Source: an uncultured Acidimicrobiales bacterium (lineage in GTDB: Bacteria; Actinomycetota; Acidimicrobiia; Acidimicrobiales; SHLQ01). Taken from it: a stretch of 64,000 nt of DNA. The notes under the pieces were generated by a model, which ran no database searches, was not told the DNA's origin, and saw nothing but the letters and a program-made list of their open reading frames with translations. The DNA lies in the NCBI GenBank assembly GCA_938084885.1, contig CALKGG010000023.1, forward strand, positions 35,065 through 99,064, given 5' to 3'. Position 1 is the first letter of the stretch. Each line of letters starts with the position of its first letter. This document shows, one piece after another, positions 63,031 to 64,000 of the stretch. A program made the position numbers and the translations under genes.

Positions 63031-63880
63031 GAATAGCGATCCAAGCAGCGCCTTCGCTGGTGCTTCGGTTGGCACCGAGGTCATTAGCCGCAGCGGAACC
63101 GCCCAGTACCGGCGTTCGTGGGATCGTCCCGACCCCACGGCTCGAGTTCTCCTGCTTCATGGAATTGCCGAACACAGCGGCCGCTACGAACACGTTGGGG
63201 TCACGCTCAACAACGCTGGTTTCTCGGTCTTGTCCTACGACCACTACGGCCACGGTCGCAGTGGCGGCGTGCGCGGCCATGTGCCATCTTTTGCCACCTT
63301 CCTCGACGACGTCGAAGACAACCTGGGTGAACTGCGAGACTCTGGTGATCCAGTGATCTTGATGGCGCACTCGATGGGTGGACTCATTGCAACCGCCTAC
63401 TGCCTGAGTGGCCGTCCGCTTCCCGATGTGCTTTTGCTCTCGGGTCCGGCGCTCGGCGCTGAGGTGCCGAAATGGCAATCGATCGGCGCGCCAATCATCG
63501 GCAAGATCGCTCCCAAGCTCTTTATCAAGAACGAGTTCGACGGGTCGCTACTGTCCACAAACCCAGCCGTTGGCGAACAGTACAGGGACGATCCACTTCG
63601 AATACCCGGCGCAACGGCGGGACTCGGGCTTGCGTTGTTTACCGCAATGGATGACACCAATGCGGCGCTGTCAAAGCTGTCGGTGCCAACAATGGTGATC
63701 CACGGCGGAGCCGACCGGATCGTTCCCGAACACTTCTCCGCCCCAATTGGTGACCTACCAGTCGCAACCCGGCAGGTACTCCCCGGCCTCGAACACGAGA
63801 TCCTCAACGAAGCATCGTGGGAAACCTCGATGAGCACGTTCATTCACTTTGCAAACGGCGCGCTCGGGTTGGCGATCTAA
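63017..63880 (+). CDS. Alpha/beta hydrolase (lysophospholipase / monoacylglycerol lipase-like)
   Basis: LLLHGIAEHSGRY, AHSMGG, and a C-terminal HGGADRIV...EHE triad context. Confidence 0.8.
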   Translation: MSATENSDPSSAFAGASVGTEVISRSGTAQYRRSWDRPDPTARVLLLHGIAEHSGRYEHVGVTLNNAGFSVLSYDHYGHGRSGGVRGHVPSFATFLDDVEDNLGELRDSGDPVILMAHSMGGLIATAYCLSGRPLPDVLLLSGPALGAEVPKWQSIGAPIIGKIAPKLFIKNEFDGSLLSTNPAVGEQYRDDPLRIPGATAGLGLALFTAMDDTNAALSKLSVPTMVIHGGADRIVPEHFSAPIGDLPVATRQVLPGLEHEILNEASWETSMSTFIHFANGALGLAI

Positions 63881-64000
63881 GACTCGGGGAGATTGCGAAG
63901 GAACTGCTCGACCTCTTCCATGAGGTCGCCGCCACCATCTTTCAGCTTCGCCTCTTCGTCGTAACGAGCTTCGAGCTCAAGAACGAAGTCGGCAGTCTCG
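63877..64000 (-). CDS. C-terminal fragment of an unidentified protein (gene continues beyond the window)
   Basis: Open frame on the minus strand reading ...ELEARYDEEAKLKDGGGDLMEEVEQFLRNLPES*. The TAG stop overlaps the convergent gene by 4 nt. Confidence 0.35.
   Translation of the reverse strand, partial: ETADFVLELEARYDEEAKLKDGGGDLMEEVEQFLRNLPES

Overview
This is a GC-rich, gene-dense chromosomal segment with about 58 protein-coding genes, 2 tRNAs and 1 riboswitch. It looks actinobacterial. The markers are a WhiB-family regulator, an LAxTG (sortase-E type) sorting signal, an LLM/F420-type oxidoreductase, a divergent Lrp-ald pair, and an ArsA/Get3-like ATPase near whiB and a STAS antagonist. 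I saw no transposase, integrase, phage, CRISPR or recognisable defence genes, so most of the window is ordinary core metabolism, transport and envelope functions. Many long ORFs in the six-frame track are antisense or alternate-frame artefacts of the high GC content. The parts worth a second look are these. (1) A minus-strand run at 32.6-39.6 kb encodes a NIT-HAMP-GAF-degenerate GGDEF-EAL membrane sensor. Its stop overlaps (GTGA) the start of an orphan solute-binding lipoprotein, and a 912-aa membrane Fe-S/CCG oxidoreductase follows. Facing this run is an Amt-family protein in which both pore histidines appear replaced. Together they could form a nitrogen-compound sensing to c-di-GMP module. 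(2) Selenium genes are split: selA-selB is an ATGA-coupled pair, while selD lies 40 kb away fused to an FAD/NAD(P) oxidoreductase domain. I found no selC or convincing UGA-interrupted gene, and the SelB G4 motif reads TKIG rather than TKxD. (3) A clear TPP riboswitch precedes thiB-thiP. No ATPase gene follows; a dinuclear-type HD-domain protein sits there instead. (4) Smaller items are a single-chain double ArsA/Get3-like ATPase whose start overlaps the divergent NfeD gene, and several in-frame tandem repeats in secreted or FHA proteins. There is also a GH5 enzyme with an inserted module and a stable hairpin abutting a diguanylate cyclase start codon. All function calls rest on motifs read by eye from the translations; no database search was run.
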